From Mobula hypostoma (lineage: Eukaryota), in contig NC_086097.1 in the NCBI RefSeq assembly GCF_963921235.1, positions 113,214,001-113,278,000 on the forward strand: a DNA stretch of 64,000 bases, written 5' to 3'. The notes under the pieces were generated by a model, which saw only the letters and a program-made list of their open reading frames with translations, had not been told where the DNA came from and did not search any database. Below are positions 1 to 11,448 of the stretch, one piece after another. Both the position numbers and the translations under genes were made by a program. Numbering within the stretch: the first letter of the stretch is position 1; each line of letters begins with the position of its first letter.

Positions 1-500
1 GCCATTCCTGTGTAGTTTTGGCTTTATGTTCGGGGTCTTTGTCTTGCTGGAAAACAAATCTTCTCCCAAGTCACAGTTCTCTTTTAGACTGCATCAGGTT
101 TCCCTCCAGGATTTCTCTGTATTTTGCTGCATTTATTTTATCCTCTAAAAAAAAAAGAAGAAGGAAGTTGCAGACTTCTTCTCTTCGGATCAAGAAGACA
201 GCGGTAAGAGGCTAAGGTTTTCCAGCAACAAGACATTTTATTTCTTGGAGTAGGAGAGAGGACAGACTGCACAGGCGCATGACGTCAGCCAGTTGAGTGC
301 GAACAGTTTAAAAAGAAAACCGCCATATCCAGCGGGCAGCGTCGGAGCGGGCTGCGGAGTGAAAGGGTGCAGAGTGAAAGGGCTTTGGCTCAACGGGCTT
401 CGGCGGAGACGGGAAGAGGCTTCCTGCGACCGTTGAGTCTCATAGCAATGGAGTAAGTTACAGTTTTTTGCTATTTAGTACAAACAGTAGCATTAGAGGT

Positions 501-1358
501 ATGCATCTAGGATTAGTGTTGTGCTTGGAGTGCCAGATGTGGGGACCCTGGGAGACTCCCAGCCTCCCCAAGGATTACATCTGCACCAGGTGCACTGAGA
601 TGAGGCTCCTGAAGGACCGTGTTAAGGAGCTGGAGATGGAAATTGATGACCTTTGGCTAATTAGGGAAAGTGAGGAGGTGATAGATACTACCTATAGAGA
701 GGTAGTGGATAGCACCCCTGTGACAGTCCCCCTCAGAAATCGATACATCGTTTTGGATACTGTTGAAGAGGCAGACCTGACAGAGGAGGACCACAGTGAA
801 TGAGACTCTGGCATTCTGCCCAGTGCTGAAATCAAGAGAGCAAGAAGAAATGCGGTAGTTATAGGGGATTCCATCATAAGGGGGACGGACAAGAGGTTCT
901 GCAAGCCAGACAAGGATACTTGGATGGTGTGTTGCCTCCCTGGTGCCAAGGTACGGGATGTCTCAGATCGAGTCCAGAGTATTCTGAGGAGAGAGGGCGT
1001 GCAGCTGGAAGTTTTGGTACATGTTGGTACCAATGACATAGACAGAAAAAGAGAGGAGGTCCTGAAGAAAGATTACTGGGAGCTAGGAAGAAAATTGAAA
1101 AGCCGGACCTCCAGAGTAATAATATCAGGATTGCTGCCTGAGCTGCATGCTGATGATGGGAAGAATAGCAGAATTAAGCAGATGAATGTGTGGCTAAGTA
1201 ACTGGTGCAGGGGGGAGGGCTTCAAATTCTTGAATCATTGGAATCTATTTTGGGGAAGGTATGACATATACAAAAAAGATGGATTACAGCTGAACTCAAA
1301 AGGTACTAATATCCTGGCGGGATTGTTTAATATAGCTGTTAGGGAGGGTTTAAACTAA
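501..1358 (+). pseudogene. CR1 ORF1: zinc finger/coiled coil plus SGNH-esterase-like domain, one in-frame stop
   Basis: Motifs CLECQMW..YICTRC, VVIGDSIIRG, HVGTND and DGLQLN. ORFs 468..803 and 924..1358 share a frame and are separated only by TGA at 801-803. Confidence 0.88.
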
Positions 1359-1459
1359 GTTGGCAAGGAGAAGGAAACCAAGGTGCTAGGGTCGAAGAAG
1401 AGGAGAATAGAAATAAGTCAAAAATACTGTGCAGCAAAGATGGCAAGAAGGACAGGCCG

Positions 1460-4319
1460 GTGAATATACAGGATAATTTGCTGCAAAATAGAAATATAGC
1501 AAAATCGGCAACAGATACTGATCTAAATATACTGTACTTAAATGCACGCAGCATTAGGAATAAAGTGGATGACCTTGCTGCAAAGCTGCAGGTTAAAAGA
1601 TATGACATTATGGCCATCACCAAGTCATGGCTAAATGATGGATGTGATTGGGAGCTGAATACCAAGGATACACAATGTATAGGAAAGATAGGAAGGTAGG
1701 TAAAGGGGGTGGCGTGGCCCTGATGGTAAGTAACGATATCAAGTCAATAGAAAGAAGGGACATAGGATCAGAAGAGGTAGAATCCTTATGGGTAGAATTA
1801 AGAAATGGCAAGGGTAAAAAGACACTAATAGCAGCTATATACAGGCCTCCAAACAGCAGCCGGGATGTGGACTACAAGTTGCAGCTGGGAATAGAAAAAG
1901 CGTGTCAGAAGGAAAATGTCAAGATAATTATGGGGGATTTTAATATGAAAGTGGATTGGGAAAGTCAAGAAGGTAATGGATCTCAGGAGAGGGAGTTTGT
2001 AGAATGCCTACAGGATGGCTTTTTGGAGCAGTTTGTCCAGAAGCCCACCAGGGGACCGGCTGTTTTGGATTGGGTGCTGTGTAACGAACCTGAGGCGATT
2101 AGGGAGCTGGAGGTAAAGGAACCCCTTGGAAGTAGTGATCATAATATGATCGAGTTCAGTTTCAAATTTGAAAAGGAGAAGCTGGTATCAGGTGTATCGA
2201 TATTTCAGTGGAACAAGGGAAATTACAGTGGTATGAGAGAGGAACTGGCCCAAGTCGATTGGAAAAGTAAGCTAATTGGAGGGACGGCAGAGCAGAATTG
2301 GATGAAATTCCTACAAGAAATAAGGAAAATGCAGGAAAAATATATTCCAAGAAAAAGAAAATCATGAATGGAAAAATGGCACAAATGTGGCTAACAAGAG
2401 AGGTTAAGGCAAAAATAAAAGCAAAAGAAACGGCGTACAAGGAAGCAAAAACTAGTGGGGAAAATGAGGACTAGAAGACTTCTAAAAACTTGCAGAAGGA
2501 AACTAAGAAAATCATTAGGAAAGAAAAGGTGAATTATGAAAGGAAGTTGGTGATTAACATAAAAAAGGATATTAAGAGTTTTTTTAAATATATGAAGAGT
2601 AAAAGAGTGACAAGGGTAAATACGGGACCGATTGAAAATGATGCTGGAGAAATTATAATGGATAACAAAGAGATGGCAGAGGAACTGAATGAGTATTTTG
2701 CATCAGTCTTCACAGTGGAAGACATGAGCAATATACCTGATAGCCAGAGGTATCAGGGAATAGAATTAGGTACAGTCAAGATTACTAGAGAGAAAGTGCT
2801 TGGGAAGCTAAGTGGACTAAGAATAGGTAAGTCTCCCGGTCCAGATGAAGTGCACCCAAGGGTTCTGAAGGAGGTGGCTTTGGAGATTGTGGAAGCATTG
2901 GAAATGATCTTCCAGGAATCAATAGACTCTGGCATGGTTCCGGAGGACTGGAAGGTTGAAAATGTAGTTCCGCTATTTAAGAAAGGAAGGAGGCAGCAAA
3001 AAGAAAATTACAGACCTATTAGTCTGACATCGGTAGTTGGAAAGATATTGGAGTCAATCCTCAAGGACGAGGTTATGAAATACCTCGAGGTGCATGACAA
3101 GATAGGCTGAAGCCAGCATGGTTTCATGAAGGGAAGATCCAGCCTCACCAACCTATTGGAATTTTTTGAGGTAATCTCGAATAAGATTGACAAGGGAGAG
3201 GCTGTGGATGTTGTGTATTTGGATTTTCAAAAGGCCTTTGATATGGTGCCGCATATGAGGCTGTTTAATAAGATGAGAGCCCATCGATTTATAGGAAAGA
3301 TATTGAAATGGGTGGAGCATTGGCTGATAGGCAGAAAGCAAAGGGTGGGAGTAAAGGGATCCTATTCTGATTGGTTGCCGGGTACTAGTGGTGTTCCGCA
3401 GGGGTCGGTGTTGGGGCCGCTTCTTTTTACGATGTATATCGATGATTTGGATTATGGATTAAATGGTATTGTGGCTAAGTTTGCGGATGACACCAAGATA
3501 GGTGGAGGAGCAGGAAATGTTGAAGAAACGGAAAGGTTGCAGAGAGACTTAGTCCGTTTGGGAGAGTGGGCAAAGAAATGGCAGATGAGATACAACATTG
3601 AGAAATGTACGATCGTACATTTTGAAAGAAGAAATAATTGGGCCGATTATTATTTAGATGGGGAGAAAATTCAAAACTCGGAAGTGCAAAGGGACTTGGG
3701 ACTCCTCGTGCAGGATACCCTAAAGGTTAACCACCAAGTTGGAACAGCGGTAAGGAAAGTGAATGCTATGTTGGCATTCATTTCAAGAGGAATAGTGTAT
3801 AAGAGTAAGGAGGTGTTGATGAGGCTCTGTGGGGCATTAGTGAGACCTCATTTGGAATACTGTGTGCAGTTTTGGGTCCCCTATCTTAGAAAGGATGTAC
3901 TGATGTTGGAGAGAGTTCAGAGAAGATTTACAAGGATGATTCCTGGAATGCAGGGGCTAACATATGAGGAGCGTTTGTCGGCTCTTGGACTGTATTCATC
4001 AGAGTATGGAAGAATGAGAGGGGATCTCATAGAAACATTTCAAATGTTGAAAGGGTGGGACAGAGTAGATGTGGAAAGGTTGTTTCCCTTGGTGGGTGAG
4101 TCCAGAACAAGAGGCCATAGTCTTGGAATTACAGGGTACCCAGTTAAAACAGAGATGAGGAGAATTTTTTTTAGCCAGAGGGTCGTGGATTCATGGAATT
4201 CGTTGCCACATACAGCTGTGGAGGCCCGATCATTGAGGGTGTTTAAGGAGGAGATTGACAAGTATCTAATTAGTCAGGGTATCAAGGGATATGGGGAAAA
4301 AGCCGGAAATTGGAACTAG
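1460..4319 (+). pseudogene. CR1 ORF2 (APE endonuclease + reverse transcriptase), disrupted
   Basis: Motifs YLNARSI, YRPP, MGDFN, SDHN, KSPGPDEVHP, NYRPISLTS, YLDFQKAFD, GVPQGSVLGP and FADD. Frameshifts near 1650 and 2360, stops at about 2472 and 3108. Confidence 0.95.
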
Positions 4320-4496
4320 ATGGGTGAATAGTTTAGCTCATGGGGGAGCTGCAGAGCAGATTCGATGGGCCGAATGGCCTACTTCTGCTCCTTTGTCTTA
4401 TATTGTCTTGTCTACTTTCACAAGCCTTCCAGGACCTGCTGCAGTGAAGCATCCCCACAGCATAATGCACCCACCATCATGCTTCATGGTAGGGAT

Positions 4497-4731
4497 ACAC
4501 ACAAAATGCTGGAGGAACTCTGCAGGCCAGGCAGCATCTATGGAAAACAGTACAGTGGACCACAAAAAAGAGAAAATCTACAGATGCTGAAAATTACAAA
4601 TGAGAGAAAATGTGCAGATGAGGGAAATCGACTGTTACTCTTTCCCACAAATGCCGCCTGGCCTGCTGAGTTCCTCCAGCATTTGTGTGCGTTGCTTGGA
4701 TTTCCAGCATCTACACATTTTCTCTTGTTTT
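4497..4731. mobile_element. Short inverted Penelope pLTR-derived insert
   Basis: ACACAAAATGCTGGAGGAACTC..GCAGCATC faces its reverse complement. Degenerate 14-bp duplication: TTCATGGTAGGGAT at 4483-4496 and TTCACAGTAGGGCT at 4732-4745. Confidence 0.75.
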
Positions 4732-5419
4732 TTCACAGTAGGGCTGGTGCGTTTTTGATGATGTGTGCTGTTCGGCTTATGCCAAGCATAGCATTTATCC
4801 AGGTACCTAAATAGTTCAATTTTGGTTTAATCAGACCATAGAATCTTCTTCCAGCTGATTTCAGAGTTCCTACATGCCTTCTGTAAACTCTAGCCAAGAT
4901 TGCATGTGTGTGTTTTTTCAATGGTGGCTTTCTCTTTGCCACTCTCTCATAAAGCTGCGACTGTGAAGCACCTGGGCAATACTTGTTGTATGTACAGTCT
5001 CTCCCATCTCAGTCACTGAAGCTTGTAACTCCTCCAGAGCTTTCCGTTTCTTGATGATTGATTTAACTATACTCCAAGGGATATTCAGTGACTTGGAAAT
5101 TTTCTTGTATCCATTTCCGGGCTTGTGCTTTTTGACAACCTTTTCGCAGAGTTGCTTGGAGTGTTCTTTTGTCTTTATAGTGTAGTTTTTGCCTGAATAC
5201 TGACTCACCAACAGTTGGGCTTTGCAGATGCAGGTGTATTTTTACAACAGTCAGTTGAAACACCTTGACTGCACACAGTGATCTCCATTTAACTAATTAT
5301 GTGACTTCTATAACCAATTGGCTTCACTAGTGATGATTTGGTGTGTCATATTAAAGGGGATAAATACTTATGCAATCAATTATTATGTGTTTTAGATTTG
5401 TAATTCATTTAAAACTAAC

Positions 5420-5641
5420 AATGGAATCTTTCATTTTGTGTTTTATATTCTATGTTTTTCTCTTTTTTTGCTGTTTGCACGATTTGGTTTCTTTTTTGTG
5501 AGTGGTTCAGTGTGTGATTTAATGCTTTTCTTTGAATAGATTCCATGGTTTTATTTGTTTTGTGGCTGTCTGTGGTGAAGACAAATGTCAGGGTTGTATA
5601 CTGCATACATACTTCGATAATAAATGTACTTTGAGCTTTGA
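5420..5641 (+). mobile_element. 3' part of a non-autonomous retroposon with a Rex-type tail
   Basis: Ends GATAATAAATGTACTTTGAGCTTTGA, the same end as the copy finishing near 21148 and similar to the Rex1 end near 41165. Confidence 0.6.
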
Positions 5642-5702
5642 ATTCAACGATAAAGTTACGTTTAGACTGTTTACAGGAATCGCTAGATCATCCTTCTTCA
5701 CA

Positions 5703-7800
5703 CGATTGATATCAGAATCAGCTTTAATATCACCAGCATATGTCGTGAAATTTGTTAACTTAGTAGCATCAGTATAATGCAATACATGACAACAGAAATA
5801 ATAAATAAATTACAGTAAGTATATGTACATTAAATAGTTAATTTAAAAAGTAGTGCAAAAACAGAAATAATATTTTAAAAAGTGAGGTAGTGTTCATGGA
5901 TTTAATATCCATGTAGAATATTGGACGGCAGAGGGAAAGAAGCAGTTCCTGAGTCACTGAGTGTGTGCTTTCAGCCTTCTGCACCTCCTTCCTGATGGTA
6001 ACAGTGAGAAGAGGCCATTCCTGGGTGATGGGGATTCTTAATAATGAATGTCACCTTTCTGAGGCACTGCTCCTTGATGATGTCTTGGATGCTACAGAGG
6101 CTAGTACCCAAGATGGATCTGACTAATTTTACAACTTTCTGTGGCTTCCCTCAATCCTGTGCAGTAGCTGCACCCCACCCCACCCCCGCCCCATACCAGA
6201 CAGTGATGCAGCCTGTCAGAATGTTCTTCACAGTATATATGTAGAAGTTTCTGAGTGTTTTAGGTGACAAGCCAAATCTCCTCAATCTCCTAATGAAACA
6301 TATCCACTGTCTTGCCTTCTTTATAGCTGCATCGATATGTTGGGACCAGGTTAGATCCTCAGAGATCTTGACACCCAGGAACTTCAGACTGCTCACTCTC
6401 TCCACTTCTGATCCCTCTATGAGGACGGTTCATGTTCCCTTGTCTTACCCTTCCTGAAGTCCACTATCAGCTCTTTGGTCTTTCTGACGTTGAGTGCAAG
6501 GTTGTTGCTGCAACTCCACTCAACTAGCTGGTACATCTCCTGTACACCCTCTCATCTCCATCTGAGATTCTGACAATAACAGTTGTATCATCAGCAAATT
6601 TATAGATGATATTCGATCTATGCCTGGGTGTAGAGAGAGTAGAGCAGTGAACTAAGCTCATATCTCTGAGGTGCCGCCAGTGTTGATCATCAGCAAGCAG
6701 GAGATATTATCACCAATTTGCACAGATCATGGTCTTCCAGTTAGGAAGTTGAGGATCCCATTACAGAGGGAGGTACAGAGGCCCAGGTTCTGTAGATTAT
6801 CAATCAGGGCTGTGGGAATGATGGTGTTAAGCGCTGAGCTGTAGTCAACAAAATAGCATCCTGACATAGGTGCTTGTATTATCCAGGTGATCTAAGGCCG
6901 TGTGCCTGCCGTAGAACTGTTGTGGTGATAGACAAATTGCAGTGGGTACAAGTCCTTCCTGAGGCAGGAGTTCATTCTAGCCATGACCAACCTCTCAAGG
7001 CTTTCATCACAGTAGATGTAAGTGCTACTGAATGATAGTCATTAAGGCAGCTCACACTACTCTTCTTGGCCACTGATATAATTGTTGCCCTTTGAACCAA
7101 ATAGGAACTTCCGACTATAGCAGTGAGAGGTTGAAAATGTCCTTGAATACTCCCAACAGTTGGTTGGCACAAGTTTTCAGAACCTTACCAGGTACTCTGT
7201 GGGGACCTGCCACCTTGCGAGGTTTCGCCTTCCTGAAAGATAACCTGACATCGGCCTCTCAGACAGAGAGCACAGGGTGACTGGGTGCAGCAGGAATCTT
7301 CACAGCTCCAGTTATTTCTCCCTTTCAAAGCAGGCATAGAAGGCTTTGAGCTCATCTGGTAGAGAAGCATCACTGCCATTCATGCTATTGAGTTTCACTT
7401 TGTAGAAAGTAATGCTGTGTACTCTTTTCTAGATTTGACAGTTATCCAATGTCACCTCCATCCTTGCTTGGAATTGTTTCTTCAATCTTGAAATAGCCCT
7501 CCACAAGTCATATGTAGTTTTCTTGTAAAGACCTGGGTCACCAGACTTAAATGCTACAGACCTAGACCTCAGCAGACAACAAACCTCCTGGTTCATCCAT
7601 GGCTTTTGGTTTAGGAATGTACAGCAAGTTTTCGTAGATACACACTCATCCACACAGGGTTTAATGAAGTCAGTAACAACAGCGGTATACTCATTCCAAT
7701 TTGAAGATGAATTCCTGAATACAGTCTAGTCTACCAATTCAAAGCAGTCCTGTAAGCACTCCTGTGCTTCCCTTCACCACACCTTCTTGGTCCTCACTAT
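5703..7800 (-). mobile_element. Rex1/Babar LINE fragments (decayed)
   Basis: Minus-strand peptides NQKPWMN, CLNDYHSVALTSTVMK and FLGVKISEDLTWSQHI. CTGATT-type tail near 5710. Confidence 0.85.
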
Positions 7801-7805
7801 GTTAC

Positions 7806-7998
7806 AGTAGGCATCCGTTAGTCTCGTGAGACGATGGATTTGCGTCTTGGAAGGTTTCCAGGGCACAGGCCTGGGCAAGGTTGTATGGAAGACCCAGGTT
7901 GCCCATGCTGCAAGTCTCCCCTCTCCACGCCACCGATGTTGTCCAAGGGAAGGGCACCGGTGTCGTCGCAGAGCAATGTGTGGTTAAGTGCCTTGCTC
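7806..7998 (-). mobile_element. Partial tRNA-derived SINE (same family as 13972-14772)
   Basis: Closely matches 13972-14117 (GGCATCC.TTAGTCTCGTGAGAC..GGATTTGCG). Confidence 0.8.
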
Positions 7999-9300
7999 AT
8001 ATTGTATGTTACAATACACAGTGTAAAGCTAACTGGGACTCAAATATACTCTTGAAACTACCTGTCTTTGTTAGATCCACTCCTGTATGTGCAGATGGCC
8101 ACAAGTTGAAATGGTTGAGGTGCATTACAATGTTTTGTTTTTCTTAGGTGGGGTAGGGGAGTAGATAACAGTTTCTCAGTGTATGCCTATAATGTATTAG
8201 GTAAATGAGAATCACAATCTCAATTTTCAGTCCAGTGTTAAAGTGCAATGAAATCTTGTACCATCATCTGGAAAGGAGCAAATCAGCCTAGGTTTCAGCT
8301 TGTGCAGCTCATTCTCATGTTGAATCACTCAGCCTCTACTGTCCCTTTTAATACTGATCCACATATTAACTTCATTGATGAGAACATTTATAGCCTTCCC
8401 TTTATGCAATAAGTTCTAATCCATTTTTTCACCTAATTAAATTAGTGATTCACTGATCTGTGTAAATAATCTCTTATTATTTATCCTTTCAGCCACTTTC
8501 ATAATTTCAATATTTCTTAAATCTTTTTGCACTATTTTTGATAATTCTGTATTTTACTGGTGAATTTCCAAATGTCACTTCAGTGTTAAAAGTAAAAATC
8601 GCAGCTGTTTTCATGACAGCCTTGCTTCCCAAAACTTACAGAAGCTCGGGATTTTTAATAATTTCACTGATTTAATTAAAGAAAGCAAAGGTTTTGGTGT
8701 AATTTTTATTTGCTTTAATAAAGAATTGAGCTCTTTTTTTAAAAAGGAATCAACCGATTTCTAAAGCCACGACTTATTTCTCATAACCAAGAGCACTAAA
8801 TATTCAGACAAACAACAAATTGCAGAATTACAACAATCCTGTTCTCAGGGGCCATCTCATCTTGATGGAGCATTCAACATATCACAATGATATCAAGTCT
8901 TACAGTAAAGAACCAATGAGAAATGTTTTGCAGAGAGTGTTTTGTCTAATTGAATATTCATCTGAACATATGAAATGTCACCGCTTTGAGCACTGGGGAG
9001 TAGTAGATCCCAGATTCAATGATACAGTGGAGAAAACAGCTTAGGACCCTGACAGATGTATGACCTTGGGCTTTTCTTTTGGTCGTTGAAGGAGTTTTTC
9101 CTCGGTAGATCATAAGTTCAGAGTACTGCCTTCATTGCCTTCAAGACGTGTGCGAAGACTCTGATGGTGGCACAAGACTGCAGAAGTCTATGCTTCAAAA
9201 TTCGACAAGGTTCGTGAGAAGCTGAGGATGGCAGTGACACACATATTGCTGTCACTTCTCGAGATGGACGTGTTTGTGATCCTACAACTGAGATGCACAG

Positions 9301-9414
9301 TTATACCTGCCACTGGCCATTGATCAGTTGACCCTGGTTGCTGCCACTCATCATGAGATTAGGGAGTCTGAAGCCAGGCATTGCAGACCAGGAGTGCCTC
9401 AGTGTTGGCTGCAG
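9301..9414 (-). CDS. Candidate host exon, probably terminal: LQPTLRHSWSAMPGFRLPNLMMSGSNQGQLINGQWQV*
   Basis: Non-repetitive sequence. Acceptor ctctgacggcag|, with a second in-frame cag 6 nt downstream. Phase 0, stop TAA, then about 1.2 kb of unique AT-rich sequence with minus-strand AATAAA at 8705-8710. CAG|GTATAA at the end could instead be a donor. Gene not recognised. Confidence 0.5.
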   Translation of the reverse strand: MQPTLRHSWSAMPGFRLPNLMMSGSNQGQLINGQWQV

Positions 9415-10236
9415 CTGCCGTCAGAGAAGCTCTCATTTTGTTAGAGCACGATAAGAATCAACAGAAAAATAAATGACCAGCAAACAGGGAGTACAGACAG
9501 TCACACTTGCTGAACTTTCTTTTGTTTGTTATGGCAGATGACATGCTGAGTGGCCCGTGAGTGTATGTTCATGGTCTCCTGCTGCTGTAGCACATCCACT
9601 ACAAGTTTCATGTGTTGTGCATTCAGAGATGCTCGTCTGGTAGCAGAGTGATTGAGGTTCTGGCCCGCAAGTCCAGCGATCTGGAGAGGGGTTCAAATTT
9701 CACAAGGAGTCCAGTTTTATTCAATTAACTGAATTTATATGAGTTAATAATTAACTATTTTAATTTACTTAACTGAGTAAATCTGTAAACATATTCAAGT
9801 AACAGCAACAATATGAATTAAACTGCTGGATTTTAATGACTTTCACCAATATCCTTTAAGACCATCCTTACGAGTCTTGGTGGTTCCCAGTACACAATAT
9901 GCTTGTCTCCGAACAGTCCACAAGCTGCTCAATTGTATCAAACCTTTACAAAAAAATGATTAAAAGGTAAAACTGGATGCACCTTAAAAGAAAATACTAA
10001 GCACTAAGTTTGACAAAGGCGCACACATTCCACCTGATCCTGCAAAGTCCTTCCATGGTTATCTGGTGTGGAGTGAGTGGAGGATGGGTATTGTCACAAA
10101 ATTGGGCAGCTGTGCAAAAAACAAATCTGGAAATTGCCTTAAATAATCATGCATAGAAAACCATCCAGACCCTTCCATCATATTCCCTGAGTCTAATGTA
10201 ATCAACCAGCAGGACTGACCCACCAGACTTGTTATA

Positions 10237-10689
10237 CGAGGGGTGATTGATAAATTCGTAGCCTAAGGTAGGAGGAGATGAGTTACTACAAGGTTTCTGC
10301 ATTTTCTCTCAAAGAGTTAAACTGCACGTGCATGTAACAAGAGCTGTATAACTCATCGTCTTCTACCTAAGGCCACAAACTTATCAATCACCCCTGCTGT
10401 GGATCACCTGGAGGTCCAAGAGCTCTCGTTACATGCACGTGCAGTTCAACTCTTTGAGTGATAATGCAGAAAGTTTGAAGTTAATAACTCATCTCCTTCT
10501 ACCATAGGCCATGAACTTATCAATCACCCCTACTGTGGACCACTTCTACAAAGGAGGGATCTCTATGCTCCACGACCGCTGGGCTAAGTGTGTACATGTA
10601 GGAGGGGACTATGTTGAAAAATAAATGTGCTAGGTTTTCTAGAATTGACTCCCTCTACCTTAGGCCACAAACTTATCAATCACCCCTTG
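10237..10689. mobile_element. Mariner-type MITE
   Basis: TIRs CGAGGGGTGATTGATAAATTCGTAGCCTAAGGTAG and CTACCTTAGGCCACAAACTTATCAATCACCCCTTG, TA on both sides (10235-36, 10690-91). Confidence 0.85.
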
Positions 10690-10805
10690 TAAGATAGAGA
10701 GGGATTCACACTGCGATTTCTCTCAATACTGTTAATTCCCATGGCACTAGGTCAAGCATGAGCAAGGAAACTTACTGATGACCGCCTGCCACTTCCTTCA
10801 GTTGA

Positions 10806-11448
10806 AGAACATAAGAAATAGGAGCAGGAGTAGGCCATCTGGCCTGTAGAGCCTGCTCCACCATTCAATAAGATCATGGCTGATCTGGCCATGGACTCAC
10901 CTCCACCTACCTGCCTTTTCCCCATAACTCTTAATTCTCCAACTATGCAAAAATCTATCCAACCTTGCCTTAAATATATTTACTGAGATAGCCTCCACTG
11001 CTTCATTGGGCAGAGAATTCCACAGATTCAGCACCCTCTGGGAAAAGCAGTTTCTCTTCATCTCTGCCCTAAGTCTACTCCCTCGAATCTTGAGGCTATG
11101 TCGCCTAGTTCTAGTCCCACCTATCAGTGGAAACAACTTTCCTGCCTCTATCTTATCTTTCCTTATCATAATTTTAAATGCTTCTGTAAGATCTCCCCTC
11201 ATTCGTCTGAATTCCAGCGAGTACAGTCCCAGGTGACTCAATCTCTCCTCATAGTCTAACCCTTCTCATCTCTGGAATCAATCTGGTGAACCTCATCTGC
11301 ACCACCTCCAAAGCCACTATATTCTTCCTCAAGTAAGGACCAGAACTGGATGCAGTACTCCAGGTGCAGCCTTACCAGTACCCTGTACAGTTGCAGCATA
11401 ACCTCCCTGCTCTTAAATTCAATCCCTCTCGCAGTGAAGGCCAACATC
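10806..11448 (-). mobile_element. 5'-truncated CR1 LINE
   Basis: Peptides LYSLEFRRMRGDL and FSQRVLNLWNSLP, plus a CR1 3' tail. Confidence 0.9.

Larger units (their letters stand above)
148..4410 (+). mobile_element. Near full-length CR1 LINE (5' UTR, ORF1, ORF2, 3' tail)
   Basis: ORF1 and ORF2 domains are in order, followed by a CR1 3' end (GGGCCGAATGGCCTACTTCTGCTCC..TCTTATATTGTCTTG). TCTA flanks it at 144-147 and 4411-4414. Confidence 0.95.
1..5412 (-). mobile_element. Tc1-like DNA transposon relic (pieces 1-147, 4411-4496, 4732-5412), split by a CR1 and a Penelope-derived insert
   Basis: ORF 4918..5211(-) KTKEHSKQLCEKVVKKHKPGNGYKKISKSLNIPWSIVKSIIKK is a Tc1 transposase N-terminal HTH region. 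The sequence reads through across both insertions once the target duplications are removed. Confidence 0.85.
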
